Below are positions 22,088 to 30,820 of a stretch of 64,000 nucleotides of DNA, piece by piece (the stretch's first letter is position 1; the number at the start of each line of letters is the position of its first letter). The stretch is from an uncultured delta proteobacterium (GTDB lineage Bacteria > Desulfobacterota > Desulfobacteria > Desulfobacterales > JAFDCJ01): the NCBI GenBank assembly GCA_963769935.1, contig CAVYNY010000010.1:224001-288000 (forward strand), in the 5' to 3' direction. Position numbers and translations under genes: made by a program. A model generated the notes under the pieces. That model saw only the letters and a program-made list of their open reading frames with translations. It had not been told where the DNA came from and did not search any database.

Positions 22088-23584
22088 TTATTGCATTGTC
22101 ATGCACGCCTGTTCGATAGCGGCTGCCATCGCCGCATCCTCTTTACGGATGTCTTCCAGGGTTTTGGGTTTAACCGCCTGCGGCCTTTCTTCCAGGCCAT
22201 ATTTCCACTTAAGGTACTGCTCGCCGGTGCTGGGATAAAGCGCATAGATAAGCAGGTCAAAATCGTCTTTGGCCAAGTCGCCGATCTTCTTTTTATCGGC
22301 TGCCAGCTCCGGTTCCAGGTAATCGGCCGCCCGGCCCGTGACCGGTGTCTCGCCCCGTTTGTAGCCTTTTAGCACCTTTTTGCGTACTTCGGGATCCACC
22401 GGCGTGGGCGTATCGCCATATAGGCCATACACCAGGTCCTTAACCTCGTTGGTCACCATTTTATACCTGCCGAAGAGCACGTTTAGCACCGCCTGAACCC
22501 CGACAATTTGGCTGGTCGGTGTGACCAGCGGCGGGTTTCCCAGTTCTTTGCGCGTCACCGCCACTTCTTTGAAAACCTCCGGCAGCCGATCCAGGGCTTT
22601 GGCTTCTTTCATTTGGTTGACCAGATTGGAGAGCATCCCGCCCGGAACCTGATGCGCCAGAACCCCGGTGTCGATGACCGACATTTTGTGCTTGGACAAA
22701 TAATCCCGATACTTGGGAGCAACGGTTTCAATATAGTCGCCCAGTTCAAGCAGCAGGCCGAGGTCAAATCCCGGATCGCGTTTGGTCCCGTATAAAGTCG
22801 CCACAATCGGCTCGACGGCAGGCTGGGAGGTCCGCAAAGCAAAGGGCGCCAGGCAGGTGTCTACAATGTCCACTCCGGCTTTGATGGCCTCCAGATAGAT
22901 CATGGAAGCCATACCGCTGGTGTAGTGGGTATGCAGATGGATTGGAATCGTGATCTCTTTTTTCAATTCCGTTATAATTTTGGCGATATCGAACGGCGAC
23001 ATGATACCGGCCATATCCTTAAGGCAAAGCGAATCGGCTCCCATGGCCTGTATCTCTTTGGCCTTGGTCTTGTAATAGTTCAGATTGAACACCTCGCCGC
23101 CCATGCGCCTCTCGGTCAGCGAATAGCAGATGGTGCCCTGAAAATGCTTGCCATTGGCCTTGATCCGCTCCACCACGGTCTCAAAATTACGAAAATCATT
23201 GAGGGCGTCAAATACCCGAAAAACGTCTATGCCGACCTCGCTGGATTTGTCCACGAACAACCTGGCGACATCATCGGCATAATTACGATAACCCACCAGA
23301 TTTTGTCCTCTCAAAAGCATGGAAAACGGGGTCTTTTTGATATGCTGCTTCAAAGTCCGCACCCGCTCAAACGGGTCCTCGCCGAGAAACCGATGCATGG
23401 TATCAAAAGTGGCTCCGCCCCATACCTCCATGGCCCAAAATCCCACGCTGTCCATCTTCTCCGCAATGGGGAGCATATCTTCGGTCCTCATCCTTGTCGC
23501 CAGCAAGGACTGATGGCCGTCTCTAAAGGTGTTGTCTTGAATCTTAATGGGATTTTGGGGTCCCTCTTCTAAATAATCATTCAT
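22088..23584 (-). CDS. oadA: Oxaloacetate decarboxylase alpha / pyruvate carboxyltransferase subunit without a biotin domain
   Basis: RDGHQSLLATR, WGGATFD, LKDMAG, HLHTH, QVPGGM and LVTPTSQIVG motifs; no MKM. Confidence 0.88.
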   Translation of the reverse strand: MNDYLEEGPQNPIKIQDNTFRDGHQSLLATRMRTEDMLPIAEKMDSVGFWAMEVWGGATFDTMHRFLGEDPFERVRTLKQHIKKTPFSMLLRGQNLVGYRNYADDVARLFVDKSSEVGIDVFRVFDALNDFRNFETVVERIKANGKHFQGTICYSLTERRMGGEVFNLNYYKTKAKEIQAMGADSLCLKDMAGIMSPFDIAKIITELKKEITIPIHLHTHYTSGMASMIYLEAIKAGVDIVDTCLAPFALRTSQPAVEPIVATLYGTKRDPGFDLGLLLELGDYIETVAPKYRDYLSKHKMSVIDTGVLAHQVPGGMLSNLVNQMKEAKALDRLPEVFKEVAVTRKELGNPPLVTPTSQIVGVQAVLNVLFGRYKMVTNEVKDLVYGLYGDTPTPVDPEVRKKVLKGYKRGETPVTGRAADYLEPELAADKKKIGDLAKDDFDLLIYALYPSTGEQYLKWKYGLEERPQAVKPKTLEDIRKEDAAMAAAIEQACMTMQ

Positions 23585-23645
23585 GGTGTAACCTCCCGTA
23601 TATTCTATTACGTATCAAAATTCTTTGAAAAAATGACGCATGCGT

Positions 23646-23933
23646 CTATTTCACCGACTTTCGCTTGGACTGGATGGTCGCGTCTTTATCTCGGCGGTCA
23701 TCCACCTTCAGGTCGATGGAAATCCTCCGGGCACCTGCATCCAGGTGGGCCTGATGCACTTTCTTTACCAGAAGGAACAAAGCGTCTAAATCCGGCACTT
23801 CAATACAGGTAGACATCCCGCCGATCTCATAATGATAACCGGACTCTTTGATGATCTCGATGCCCTTTTTGACGTAACGGCTCAAGCTGGTGCCCTCCCC
23901 GATGGGATATACCGATAGTTGTGCGAGGATCAT
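23646..23933 (-). CDS. MTH1187/YkoF-family thiamine-binding protein
   Basis: LSVYPIGEGTSLSRYV, GMSTCIE and LKVDDRRDK pattern. Confidence 0.85.
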   Translation of the reverse strand: MILAQLSVYPIGEGTSLSRYVKKGIEIIKESGYHYEIGGMSTCIEVPDLDALFLLVKKVHQAHLDAGARRISIDLKVDDRRDKDATIQSKRKSVK

Positions 23934-24036
23934 AATTGCGCTCCCAAAATTTTATAACTTATCATGTCGATAATATTCTGTCTTTATTTAATTGCGTTTA
24001 ATTGCGAAAAAATTTATCCATTGTAGGCATTTATCT

Positions 24037-24952
24037 TTACATGCCAAACCGCATGCCTGCTTTCAGACCCGCCTGCCTGGCAAATTCATCGGCATCCAGT
24101 TTAGCGCCCTTCTCCGCCTTCTTCATCTTGCCGACTTTCAACGCCCCGCCGTTGAGGGCAACGACTACTTCACCGCCCTCGATACCGACGATCTGTCCAG
24201 GCTCACTTCTCCTGGTCCGTCTCGATCAACTGCGCTTGGTAAAATTTAACTTTCTCGCCTGCGAGGGTCGAATGTGCACCCGGCTGAGGATCGCAGCCCC
24301 GGATCAGATTGTAAACCTCCCGGGCCGGTTTTGACCAGTCAATTTCGGCATACCGGTCGTCGCAGGGCGGCTCGTAAGTGGCCAGCGCGTGATCCTGAGG
24401 TATTTTGGGGGCCTTGCCGCTTTTAATAAGATCGACTGCCTCGACAAGGGCGTCGATGCCCATCGGGAGAAGCCTGTTGAAATAAATCGATCCGGTCGTG
24501 TCATCCGGTGCAATTTCTACTTCCTTCTGCAAAAGAATGGGTCCGGTATCAATACCTTTGTCTACCCACAGAATAGTCAGCCCGGTGCGGGTGTCTCCCT
24601 GGATAATGGCCCAGTTTATGCCGCTGGCCCCGCGGTGTTTCGGCAGCAGGGAGGGATGATAGCATATGGTGCCGATGGAAGGAATTTCGAGAAGACTCTC
24701 CGGTATGATATCGGTTACGAAGGCAAGCATCACCAGATCCGGTTTTAATTCCAGGAATGCTTGCCGCACCTCGGCATCCTGCATGCGGTTGGGCTGAAAA
24801 AGAGCTTTGCCTGAATTTTCGGCCAGAGTTTTCATCGCCTGACCCCGTTTGTCGTTAGGGCAAAAGACCGCGACAATTTCTTCGCCCCTTTGGATAAGAG
24901 CATCCAATGTCTTCTCTCCAAAAGGGCCTTGGCCGACCAAAATTGTTCTCAT
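24037..24952 (-). CDS. Formyltransferase-family protein resembling the 10-formyl-THF hydrolase domain of ALDH1L; frameshift near 24205-24212
   Basis: ILVGQGPFG, YHPSLLPKHRGAS and WVDKGIDTG motifs; C-terminus (EPGQIVGIEGG...GMRFGM) continues in another frame. Confidence 0.8.
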
Positions 24953-25051
24953 CGTCCACACCTGCTCTATTAATGGGTGCCGGGAGTCTTAATCGTGGCT
25001 TATTTGGTTCTCTCCGAGCCGGAGGCCGGCTTTTCAGGATCAGGTAGTAGC

Positions 25052-25089
25052 AAAAAGAGGCACAAAGAAATTCCTCATCTTTATGCCTC
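25052..25089 (-). terminator. Rho-independent terminator after the CoA-ester lyase gene
   Basis: Minus strand GAGGCATAAAGA-loop-TCTTTGTGCCTC followed by TTTTT. Confidence 0.7.
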
Positions 25090-25182
25090 CTGATCAAAGA
25101 CTTCTGATTCCCGGAACGCATCCGACTTAAGCGGTTTATACGGTCCACCAGAAACCTGACAGGTTGACAGCCTGCACCTGTA

Positions 25183-26079
25183 TTACTTTGCCTTGGATTC
25201 TGCTGCTTTAATTTCCGCCATGGTTCGCAGAATCTGCAGGGCATTCTCATAAACCGGGGTATCCACCATTTTACCTTTGTAGGAAACCGCGGCGGACCCC
25301 TTGGCGATACCCTCCTCTTCAAAAACCTTCTTGACCCCCTCGGCCCACTCGACATCGGCGGCGGAAGGGGTGTAGATCTCATGGGAAGGTCCAATCTGGC
25401 TGGGGTGAATCAGCATCCGGCCTTCGTAGCCCATCTGACGGCCTTCGCGGGTGCTCTTTTTGAATGCCTCCACGTCACTGATGTTCACAAAGGGACAATC
25501 AATGGCCACACACCCGGCCGCGCGGGCGGCAACAGCCGTGTGGTATCTGGCGTACAGCTGCTCCTGACCTTCCGAGGTGAGGGTCACACGCATATCCTTG
25601 GTATAATCCACCGCCCCGAATATAAGGGAGTTGACCCGCGGACTGGCACTGGCAGCAGGGTAAGCGTTCATCACACCTTTGGCGGTTTCAATCAGCAACT
25701 GGATGCCCACACTGCCTACCTTCATGCCTCTTCTCTGCTCCAGTTCCTCCAGCTTCCAGTCCAGACGTTTGACATTATCGGCGCTACCGCATTTTGCCAG
25801 ACATACTCCGTCAAGGCCGGGATGCACAATGGCTTCCAGGTCATCGTTGGTCATCTGGGTTTCCCAGTTGTTAACCCGAACATAAAGGGAAGGGGCCAGC
25901 TGTTTTCCCCGGCTGGCTTTCAGATACTCTTGTACCATGACCCGGCCTCTGGGCTTTTCCGCCGGCGGTACCGAATCCTCCAAATCCAAGGTCAGAATAT
26001 CACACACGATTTCCGGGGCCTTGCCGACCATCTTCTCATTGTTGCTGGGTGTGTAAAACACCGATCTCATAACTGGCAT
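25183..26079 (-). CDS. CoA-ester lyase, CitE/malyl-CoA lyase family
   Basis: RSVFYTP, LDLEDSVP, YVRVN, LIETAKG, FGAVDY, IHPSQI and GKMVDTP motifs. Confidence 0.9.
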   Translation of the reverse strand: MPVMRSVFYTPSNNEKMVGKAPEIVCDILTLDLEDSVPPAEKPRGRVMVQEYLKASRGKQLAPSLYVRVNNWETQMTNDDLEAIVHPGLDGVCLAKCGSADNVKRLDWKLEELEQRRGMKVGSVGIQLLIETAKGVMNAYPAASASPRVNSLIFGAVDYTKDMRVTLTSEGQEQLYARYHTAVAARAAGCVAIDCPFVNISDVEAFKKSTREGRQMGYEGRMLIHPSQIGPSHEIYTPSAADVEWAEGVKKVFEEEGIAKGSAAVSYKGKMVDTPVYENALQILRTMAEIKAAESKAK

Positions 26080-26147
26080 GATTGTATCCTCCTCCTTCTA
26101 GGTTGGGAAGTTTTCTATTGTAGTGAATAGCTGCCTGAATATCAACC

Positions 26148-27044
26148 CTATAGATTAATGAGCTCTTTAATTTTGGGGGCAATTTCCTCGGGACTTTCGA
26201 CGACATGCGCCTTGGCCTCGGTCAGGGCCTTGATTTTACCCTGAGCGGTGCCCCGCCCGCGCTCTACGATGCTGCTGGCATGGGAAAACCGCATTCCCTC
26301 CGGTGCCCACGCGCCCGCGATATAGACAACCAGCGGCTTGGTGAACTCACCTTTGGCAACCGTCTCGGCCGCTTCCTCTTCCAGGGTTCCGCCGATTTCA
26401 CCAAAAATAGCCACTGCTTTGGTCTGTTCATCTTTTTCGAACAGCTTGAGCACATCGGACATGGTCAGGCCTAATACCGGCTCCGTTCCGATATGCAGGG
26501 CCGTGCTGATACCAAGGCCGGCCACCTTCAGGGCCCAGGGCACCGTTCCCGACTGACCGCCGCTGCGGGAGATGACCCCGACCGGACCCGGTTCGAATAG
26601 CATGCTGGCCCAATCCACGCTGCCGCCCAGCCAACCCATGGCGGCTTTGCCGGGACTGATGATTCCGAGGCTGCCGGGGCCCAGTATTTTGCCGCCGTTT
26701 TTCATCGCATAGTGGACCATGGCAATCACATCATGAACCGGGATGCGTTCCACCGGCGACACCACAAATTTGATGCCCGCGTCGATGGCTTCGTAAACCG
26801 CACTTTTTAACGCCGGGCCGGGAATGAAAGTCACGCTGGCATCCACCATCCCTTCATTATCGATGGCTTGCTGAACCGTGTCGTACACCGGCAGACCATG
26901 CACCTCTCCGCCGCCGCGCCCCGGAGTCACGCCGGCGACCACCTTGGTTCCATATTCTTTCATAAATTGGGTCCGCAGGGATCCTTCCCTGCCGGTCATT
27001 CCCTGGACAATGACCCTGGTATTTTCATCTAACAGTATTGACAT
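26148..27044 (-). CDS. Acid-CoA ligase (ADP-forming) alpha subunit, divergent SucD/MtkB/Ccs-like
   Basis: VIVQGMTG, VAGVTPGRGG, ISRSGG, FGEIGG; phospho-His motif RFSHASSIV. Confidence 0.88.
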   Translation of the reverse strand: MSILLDENTRVIVQGMTGREGSLRTQFMKEYGTKVVAGVTPGRGGGEVHGLPVYDTVQQAIDNEGMVDASVTFIPGPALKSAVYEAIDAGIKFVVSPVERIPVHDVIAMVHYAMKNGGKILGPGSLGIISPGKAAMGWLGGSVDWASMLFEPGPVGVISRSGGQSGTVPWALKVAGLGISTALHIGTEPVLGLTMSDVLKLFEKDEQTKAVAIFGEIGGTLEEEAAETVAKGEFTKPLVVYIAGAWAPEGMRFSHASSIVERGRGTAQGKIKALTEAKAHVVESPEEIAPKIKELINL

Positions 27045-27056
27045 ATCATCCCCCTG

Positions 27057-27341
27057 CTATGCTGTTCCGTGCTTTTTCCTGTACTCTGCCAGCCCCTCAA
27101 TGGGGACCTCGATGGTGATGGCCGCATTGCCCCTGAACCAACATTCGTATTCACAGGCAAGGCATTCGGTGCCTTTGCGCGCCAGTTCCTCGGCGGAACC
27201 TTCAACCGCCGGCTTGCCGTCTTTCAAAATCAGGATGCCGCGACTATATGTCTTGCAGGCCTCAACGCAGACATGGGTTTTGCAGCCTTTGCATTTTTCT
27301 TCATCAATGATGACTTTGATCGTTCTCTCGTTAAATTCCAT
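27057..27341 (-). CDS. Ferredoxin-like Fe-S protein
   Basis: CKGCKTHVCVEAC and TECLACEYEC Cys motifs; GAGGAG RBS. Confidence 0.82.
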   Translation of the reverse strand: MEFNERTIKVIIDEEKCKGCKTHVCVEACKTYSRGILILKDGKPAVEGSAEELARKGTECLACEYECWFRGNAAITIEVPIEGLAEYRKKHGTA

Positions 27342-27358
27342 AAGACGCTCCTCATGTT

Positions 27359-27486
27359 ATTGAATATTTTCCATTGAATATTGAATATTTATGGCCCGCC
27401 TCCGGCGGACCAATTTTAAAAAAATTAAAAACGACGGAGCGCAGCAACGTCCACAAATATTCAATCTCCAATATTCAATTTTCAAT
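27359..27486. repeat. Dispersed palindromic repeat, copy 1 (ATTGAAT/ATTCAAT arms, GC core)
   Basis: Homologous in inverted orientation to 59596-59714. Confidence 0.8.
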
Positions 27487-28732
27487 GTTTTTCCTTCCGG
27501 TATTCATCGACCAGGGCTCGCACCCTGCCGCCGATGAATTTGGCATCGTAAACATGCTCCCGATCATAGATCTCAATCCTGGCATCAAGACCCGCTAAAC
27601 CCTCTTTTAGAATCTGCTGGGATTCGGATTCCTTGTTGCCGCAAAGCAGAAGAACCACCGGAAAACCCGGACGTTTGGGGAGTTCCTCCCGCAAAGCCTT
27701 GACAATGCCATGGGCATGATGCCACTGTTCCTGATTCGCCATCATAAACCCGGCCAAAAAATAGCCTTCAATGCCCGGTATCGACATGATAAGCTTGACG
27801 ACCCGATAAACTTTGGAAGCCGTCGGGTTGCCGCTGGTGTCGGCATAATCGGCGACTTTCAAATTCACCTTGTTGAGGGCATCCATACCGAGCATGGCCG
27901 CGCCGCCGCCGATGCCGTGGTAACCGACATAACCGCCCTTGGCTACCTCCTGCGGTTCGGCCATCTGGGCCACATAACTGGTGCCGCGGAAATCGCTCTC
28001 TTCAAACGACCAGGCGGTGAGATCAAAGTCGGTGGGCTCTTTGAGAAACTCACGGCCGATTTTGATCCCCAGATCGGGGTGTCTGAATAGGGCTTGGTCA
28101 TCGATCGCCATACGGCAATCGGCTGCCAGAACCTTGCCGTCGCGGGTCAGCACGAGGGGGTTGATTTCCAATGTCCGGCAGTCCATCTGCTGGAAGGCTT
28201 TGAAAAGTTTGAAAACGACATCGGCAATCGGCCTGAGCGTCTTACCCTTTACGCCCATTGAAGAGACCAGATTCAAGGTGTCATAGGGCATGAGTCCCTT
28301 GATGACATCCACATTCATGACAGCGATCTTATCCGCCGGCACCGACTCGATGTCCATGCCTCCCTCGGGGCTGAACATCAGCACCGGACCTCTGACCTCC
28401 TGGGCGGAGTTGATAATCACACCGGCATAAAATTCCTGGGCGATATCCAGCTTTTCTTCGACAAGGACCTGTTTGACTTCAAGCCCTTTGACCTGCATCC
28501 CCAGAATCGCTCGGGCGGCCGCTTCGGCCTCATCAGGCGTGTCGGCAAATTTCACCGCTCCGGATTTCCCCCTGCCGCCAGCCCAAACTTGCGCTTTAAC
28601 CACGACGGGCTTGGCCAGCTTTTCTGCCGCCTGCCTGGCCTCCTGGGGGGATTTCACTACCATCCCTTCAGGGATCGGAATACCGGATTTCTTAAAAACT
28701 TCCTTTCCCTGATACTCAAAAAATTTTGCCAT
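27482..28732 (-). CDS. Acid-CoA ligase (ADP-forming) beta subunit, ATP-grasp, ACL/Ccs-like substrate domain
   Basis: EYQGKE, VVKAQVWAGGRGKSG, EGGMDIE and LEINPL motifs; C-domain IGGGAAM...ADTSGNPT...MAN. Confidence 0.88.
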   Translation of the reverse strand: MAKFFEYQGKEVFKKSGIPIPEGMVVKSPQEARQAAEKLAKPVVVKAQVWAGGRGKSGAVKFADTPDEAEAAARAILGMQVKGLEVKQVLVEEKLDIAQEFYAGVIINSAQEVRGPVLMFSPEGGMDIESVPADKIAVMNVDVIKGLMPYDTLNLVSSMGVKGKTLRPIADVVFKLFKAFQQMDCRTLEINPLVLTRDGKVLAADCRMAIDDQALFRHPDLGIKIGREFLKEPTDFDLTAWSFEESDFRGTSYVAQMAEPQEVAKGGYVGYHGIGGGAAMLGMDALNKVNLKVADYADTSGNPTASKVYRVVKLIMSIPGIEGYFLAGFMMANQEQWHHAHGIVKALREELPKRPGFPVVLLLCGNKESESQQILKEGLAGLDARIEIYDREHVYDAKFIGGRVRALVDEYRKEKH

Positions 28733-28780
28733 CTTGCCTCCAAGAACATCGCTTAACGTTTATTTATTTCAATTTGACAT

Positions 28781-28791
28781 TGGTAGGACCA
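28781..28791. promoter_or_regulatory. FadR/GlcC/LldR-type operator TGGTAGGACCA upstream of the ligase operon
   Basis: TGGT-N3-ACCA palindrome, downstream of a minus-strand TTGACA at 28821-28826. Confidence 0.7.
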
Positions 28792-29011
28792 TCCATCCAT
28801 AAACCATAAATGCCCTGGGCTGTCAAGCATATTTTTCTTCACCAGCAATGTAAATCGATAAACGACCCCGCGTCGCAATTTTTAAATATACATTCAATTA
28901 CAGATAGTTGTCGGATAGTTTACGTGTCTGATTTTTATAGGTTGACAAACAGCATTGATTCCTGTTACCTCACACAGCAGCAAACAACCAGATATAACTT
29001 GTTGAGGTAAT

Positions 29012-29782
29012 ATGGTCAGACCAACTTTCCAACCCATTAAACAGGAAAAAATCTCGGCGAAAATCGCAGAACAAATAAAATCGCTCATCACAAAGGGTGA
29101 ATTGAAACCCGGTGATGTTCTACCCCCCGAAAGAGAACTCGTCAAGATTTTTAAAGTGAGTCGTGCCTCCCTGCGTGAAGCACTGAAATCACTGACGGGG
29201 ATGGGTTTTCTGGAGATTACCCAGACGCATCGGACCATTGTAAAATCACTGGCCGCCGGCCGGATTACCGAACCTCTGGACTATCTTATCAGGGAGGACA
29301 TTCACACCGTCCTTGAGCTGATCGAAGTCCGAAAGGCAATCGAGATATGGAATGCATATTATGCAGCAGAAAGGGCTAAGGATGAGGATGTTGCCCGACT
29401 CGAAAACAGCGTGGCATCAATGCGGAAAAAAATTGAACAGCACAGCAGTGCGGTGGAAGAAGACGCCAATTTTCATATCGCCGTCTCCCAGGCCGCGCAC
29501 AACAAAATACAGACCCATTTGATGTTCTCCATATATGACCTACTTAAAGAATCCATCGCCAACTACTTCGATAACTTTAAACTGAATTATATACTTGATC
29601 AGCACTCGCGGGTGGTTGAAGCCATTAGAAAAAAAGATCCGGTGCTGGCCAGCAGAAGAATGCGGGAACACCTAGACTACGTCGAGTCTGTGGTAAAGGA
29701 ACATGCCGCTTCCCAAATTACTGAGTCCGACTGGCAAAGTTCAGCCAATGCGATAGTCGGACGAAGCTACGGCAGCAACTAA
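29012..29782 (+). CDS. GntR/FadR-family transcriptional regulator
   Basis: LKPGDVLPPEREL...VSRASLREAL HTH; FCD domain with DANFH and QHSRVVEAI. Confidence 0.93.
   Translation: MVRPTFQPIKQEKISAKIAEQIKSLITKGELKPGDVLPPERELVKIFKVSRASLREALKSLTGMGFLEITQTHRTIVKSLAAGRITEPLDYLIREDIHTVLELIEVRKAIEIWNAYYAAERAKDEDVARLENSVASMRKKIEQHSSAVEEDANFHIAVSQAAHNKIQTHLMFSIYDLLKESIANYFDNFKLNYILDQHSRVVEAIRKKDPVLASRRMREHLDYVESVVKEHAASQITESDWQSSANAIVGRSYGSN
29013..29023. promoter_or_regulatory. FadR-type operator TGGTCAGACCA overlapping the regulator start (autoregulation)
   Basis: TGGT-N3-ACCA palindrome matching the site at 28781. Confidence 0.65.
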
Positions 29783-29876
29783 CCCCCATAGCGAAGTCCG
29801 GGCTGTCGATTATCGCGTTGACTTAATGTTGGGATAGTAAAGAAGCCGTCCCCGAAAGCCGGGCTTTCAATACTAA

Positions 29877-29915
29877 ACTAAAAAGGGGTTGCCGCCGGGC
29901 AAGCCCCTTTTTAGT
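29877..29915. terminator. Bidirectional terminator hairpin
   Basis: ACTAAAAAGGGGTTGCC-GCCG-GGCAAGCCCCTTTTTAGT between convergent genes. Confidence 0.8.
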
Positions 29916-30042
29916 CTTATTGGTTCGTTTTATATGTTTAGCAAAAAAATATATTTTAAAGATGAGGCTGCTGTGAGCCCCTTTGCAGCGGGCCTAAAAT
30001 TACAAAATTTTTAAAAGGCCTAAAGCACCGCATACGACTTGT

Positions 30043-30162
30043 TCAATCGTTTGGAAACGTGTTTTCGAATCCTTTAATAAGCCCATAGATGATGAAACCA
30101 ATCACCCCGCCCACAAGCGCAAGACAAATTAGAGTAATAATATTTGGCCAGAGTACAAACAT
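30043..30162 (-). CDS. 39-aa single-pass membrane protein (absent from the ORF track)
   Basis: GGGAGG RBS; MFVLWPNIITLICLALVGGVIGFIIYGLIKGFENTFPND. Confidence 0.65.
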   Translation of the reverse strand: MFVLWPNIITLICLALVGGVIGFIIYGLIKGFENTFPND

Positions 30163-30275
30163 ATGATTCCTCCCTCATACAATTATGCAAGGTTGTATTC
30201 CCGATAGTACTTTAAATTAAATTACAGCACTGCACCGAATTCGTCAACTTAAAATTTGTTGCTGCCGGCAGATGC

Positions 30276-30734
30276 TCACACCCCTTTGAACTTCATTTCC
30301 CGGTTGGTTAACCGCATCTTCTTCAGTACCTGCTGGAGTTGATCGTCAGTGATACGGCAAAACAGGTAGGCTTTTTCACGCTCCAGGCGAAACCGGATAA
30401 AACTGTACGGCATAAAGGCCAACCGCGGACCTTCCACCAGAGAAACCGCGTCGGCCTTGAAGCTGAGCACCCGCCTGAAACTGGTGAATTCAATCGTTCC
30501 CTTCTCATTAATGGAGACCCTGTATGAAATTCCCAGTGAAAAAAACCAGGTATACCCCAGCACAAATGCGATCATGAGCAGCTGAAACAACGGCCATCCG
30601 GCGCGGAGCGTTTTTGATCCGATCATCACAACGCAAACGACGGTCCATACCAGCAAAAGCATATAAAAAAGCCCCACAAAGATGATTGGGGCCTGATAAA
30701 GGTAGTCTTTTTTAGGCAACTTTTCTTTTTTCAT
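30276..30734 (-). CDS. Hypothetical membrane protein (2 TM plus soluble C-domain)
   Basis: Two hydrophobic helices; directly downstream of dctM. Confidence 0.65.
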   Translation of the reverse strand: MKKEKLPKKDYLYQAPIIFVGLFYMLLLVWTVVCVVMIGSKTLRAGWPLFQLLMIAFVLGYTWFFSLGISYRVSINEKGTIEFTSFRRVLSFKADAVSLVEGPRLAFMPYSFIRFRLEREKAYLFCRITDDQLQQVLKKMRLTNREMKFKGV

Positions 30735-30758
30735 GATTCCATCGCTTCGGCGCTCAAA

Positions 30759-30787
30759 CAGGCGTCCCGCCATCAGCGGGACGCCTG
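30759..30787 (-). terminator. Hairpin after dctM
   Basis: CAGGCGTCCCGC-CATCA-GCGGGACGCCTG perfect stem. Confidence 0.55.
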
Positions 30788-30820
30788 CCGTATATTAATC
30801 ATCGGACGCAATGCAATCAT

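Noticed and set aside
24203..24205. TGA ending the formyltransferase ORF as a possible Sec codon
   Set aside because: The homologous C-terminus continues in a different frame, so this is a frameshift. The same applies to the TGAs at 13469 and 60628.
26148..28732. Plain sucCD (TCA succinyl-CoA synthetase) annotation
   Set aside because: Substrate-domain motifs diverge strongly from SucC and the context is a lyase operon; gene symbols withheld
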